Source: Candidatus Poribacteria bacterium
GTDB lineage: Bacteria; Poribacteria; WGA-4E; JAJDTR01
Length of the DNA: 64,000 nt
Reading direction: 5' to 3'
NCBI GenBank assembly: GCA_965222225.1
Contig: CBDCTK010000002.1
Location: forward strand, 1,888,001 to 1,952,000
Part shown: positions 63,357 through 64,000 of the stretch, piece by piece
Position numbering within the stretch: position 1 is the first letter of the stretch
Layout of the letters: each line of letters starts with the position of its first letter
Translations under genes and position numbers: made by a program
Notes under the pieces: generated by a model
Told to the model about the DNA's origin: nothing
Seen by the model: the letters and a program-made list of their open reading frames with translations, nothing else
Databases searched by the model: none

Positions 63357-63464
63357 TCCCCATCGATCCCGGTACACGTCGACAGCCTCTCCGAGTTCGG
63401 GCAGCCGCATCGTCGTGGTGAGGTCCGGCAGTGCGGATTTGAAGTCGTTTTCGGTAATCTTCAT
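63357..63464 (-). pseudogene. Diverged second copy of the penicillin acylase 5' end
   Basis: MKITENDFKSALPDLTTTMRLPELGEAVDVYRDRWG, cut off at the inverted hairpin element. Confidence 0.88.
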
Positions 63465-64000
63465 TTCCATTGTCCGTATATCATGCATTCTAAAGTACGT
63501 TTGTAGGGTGGGATCAAAGGAACGGATAGTGACTGCGATAGAGTTCCCCTGCCCACCATTTCTTTTAGGATACGATTGTAGATTGTCAAATCCCCGATTT
63601 TCCCTCTTACTGGAATTAGACAAACGAATAATGAATGCTATAGACCTCTTAGAGAGTTCCCACTAGCACCGTAGGCGGGGCATCTTGCCCCGCCCACAGC
63701 TAACCTGTAGGAGCGAGTTCCACTCGCGACTCTGTAGGATTAAACGAGCGAATAGCGAGTGCGATGGAGATCCCGCTGCCCCACATTGGAAAGACTTCAT
63801 TACCCTAAGTTGCCATCTTTGTAGCACGATCTGTTAGATTGTGCATGTGATACGCAAACTGACACATTGCGCGACTACATCTACACAATTAATCGTCTAT
63901 GTTCAATAAAAATTGATGGGGATTGTCTATATTCTTCTAAGTAACAACTTGGGTCAATTAACAAAATTCGCCATCCGTGTAGCACAATCTGTTAGATTGT

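Larger units (their letters stand above)
34375..63774 (+). repeat. Dispersed ~37-nt covarying hairpin element family, about 28 loci
   Basis: Consensus GATCAA-NN-GA-NN-GRATA-NN-GA-NN-GCGATAG-ARATCC. Loci start near 34375, 34644, 34927, 35359, 37265, 37580, 38936, 40603, 40665, 41035, 43425, 43679, 45123, 46481, 46579, 49637, 52435, 56440, 56551, 58240, 59254, 60452, 60550, 60754, 63512 and 63738. Inverted copies at about 52458-52495, 58833-58864 and 63322-63358. Confidence 0.95.

Noticed and set aside
34375-63774. Hairpin elements as integron attC sites of a cassette array
   Set aside because: No RYYYAAC...GTTRRRY boxes, too short, not one per gene end, and no intI in the window; only the shape-recognition analogy remains
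1-64000. tRNA or rRNA genes
   Set aside because: None recognised by eye; a tRNAscan-SE or Rfam scan would be needed to exclude them formally

Overview
Bacterial chromosomal window whose protein families point to Candidatus Poribacteria or a close relative (inference): LamG-like secreted proteins ending AVxxxGKLxxxWGxxK, WD40/LRR proteins with cohesin-, dockerin- and FlgD/T9SS-like tails, and PhyH, sulfatase and Gfo/Idh enzymes. Bases 1-30 kb are mostly + strand housekeeping and catabolic genes (coaE, argS, guaA, pcrA/uvrD, gatC, gatA, S41 protease, sulfatase/sulfotransferase cluster). An IS1595-family element at 30.06-31.31 kb joins two truncated genes and marks a switch to a - strand, repeat-rich accessory half. 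That half holds a heparinase II/III protein, potBC, a relBE-like remnant, a probable selenocysteine MoeB, WD40/LRR surface proteins and a penicillin acylase. The most striking signal is a ~37-nt element, GATCAA-N1-GA-N2-GRATA-N3-GA-N4-GCGATAG-ARATCC, at about 28 loci between 34.4 and 63.8 kb. Its four variable dinucleotides covary almost perfectly as a hairpin with tandem G.A pairs. It inserts without target duplication into GTAG-type REP palindromes and into itself (nested arrays), and sits at gene truncation and duplication breakpoints. No cognate enzyme is visible in the window.
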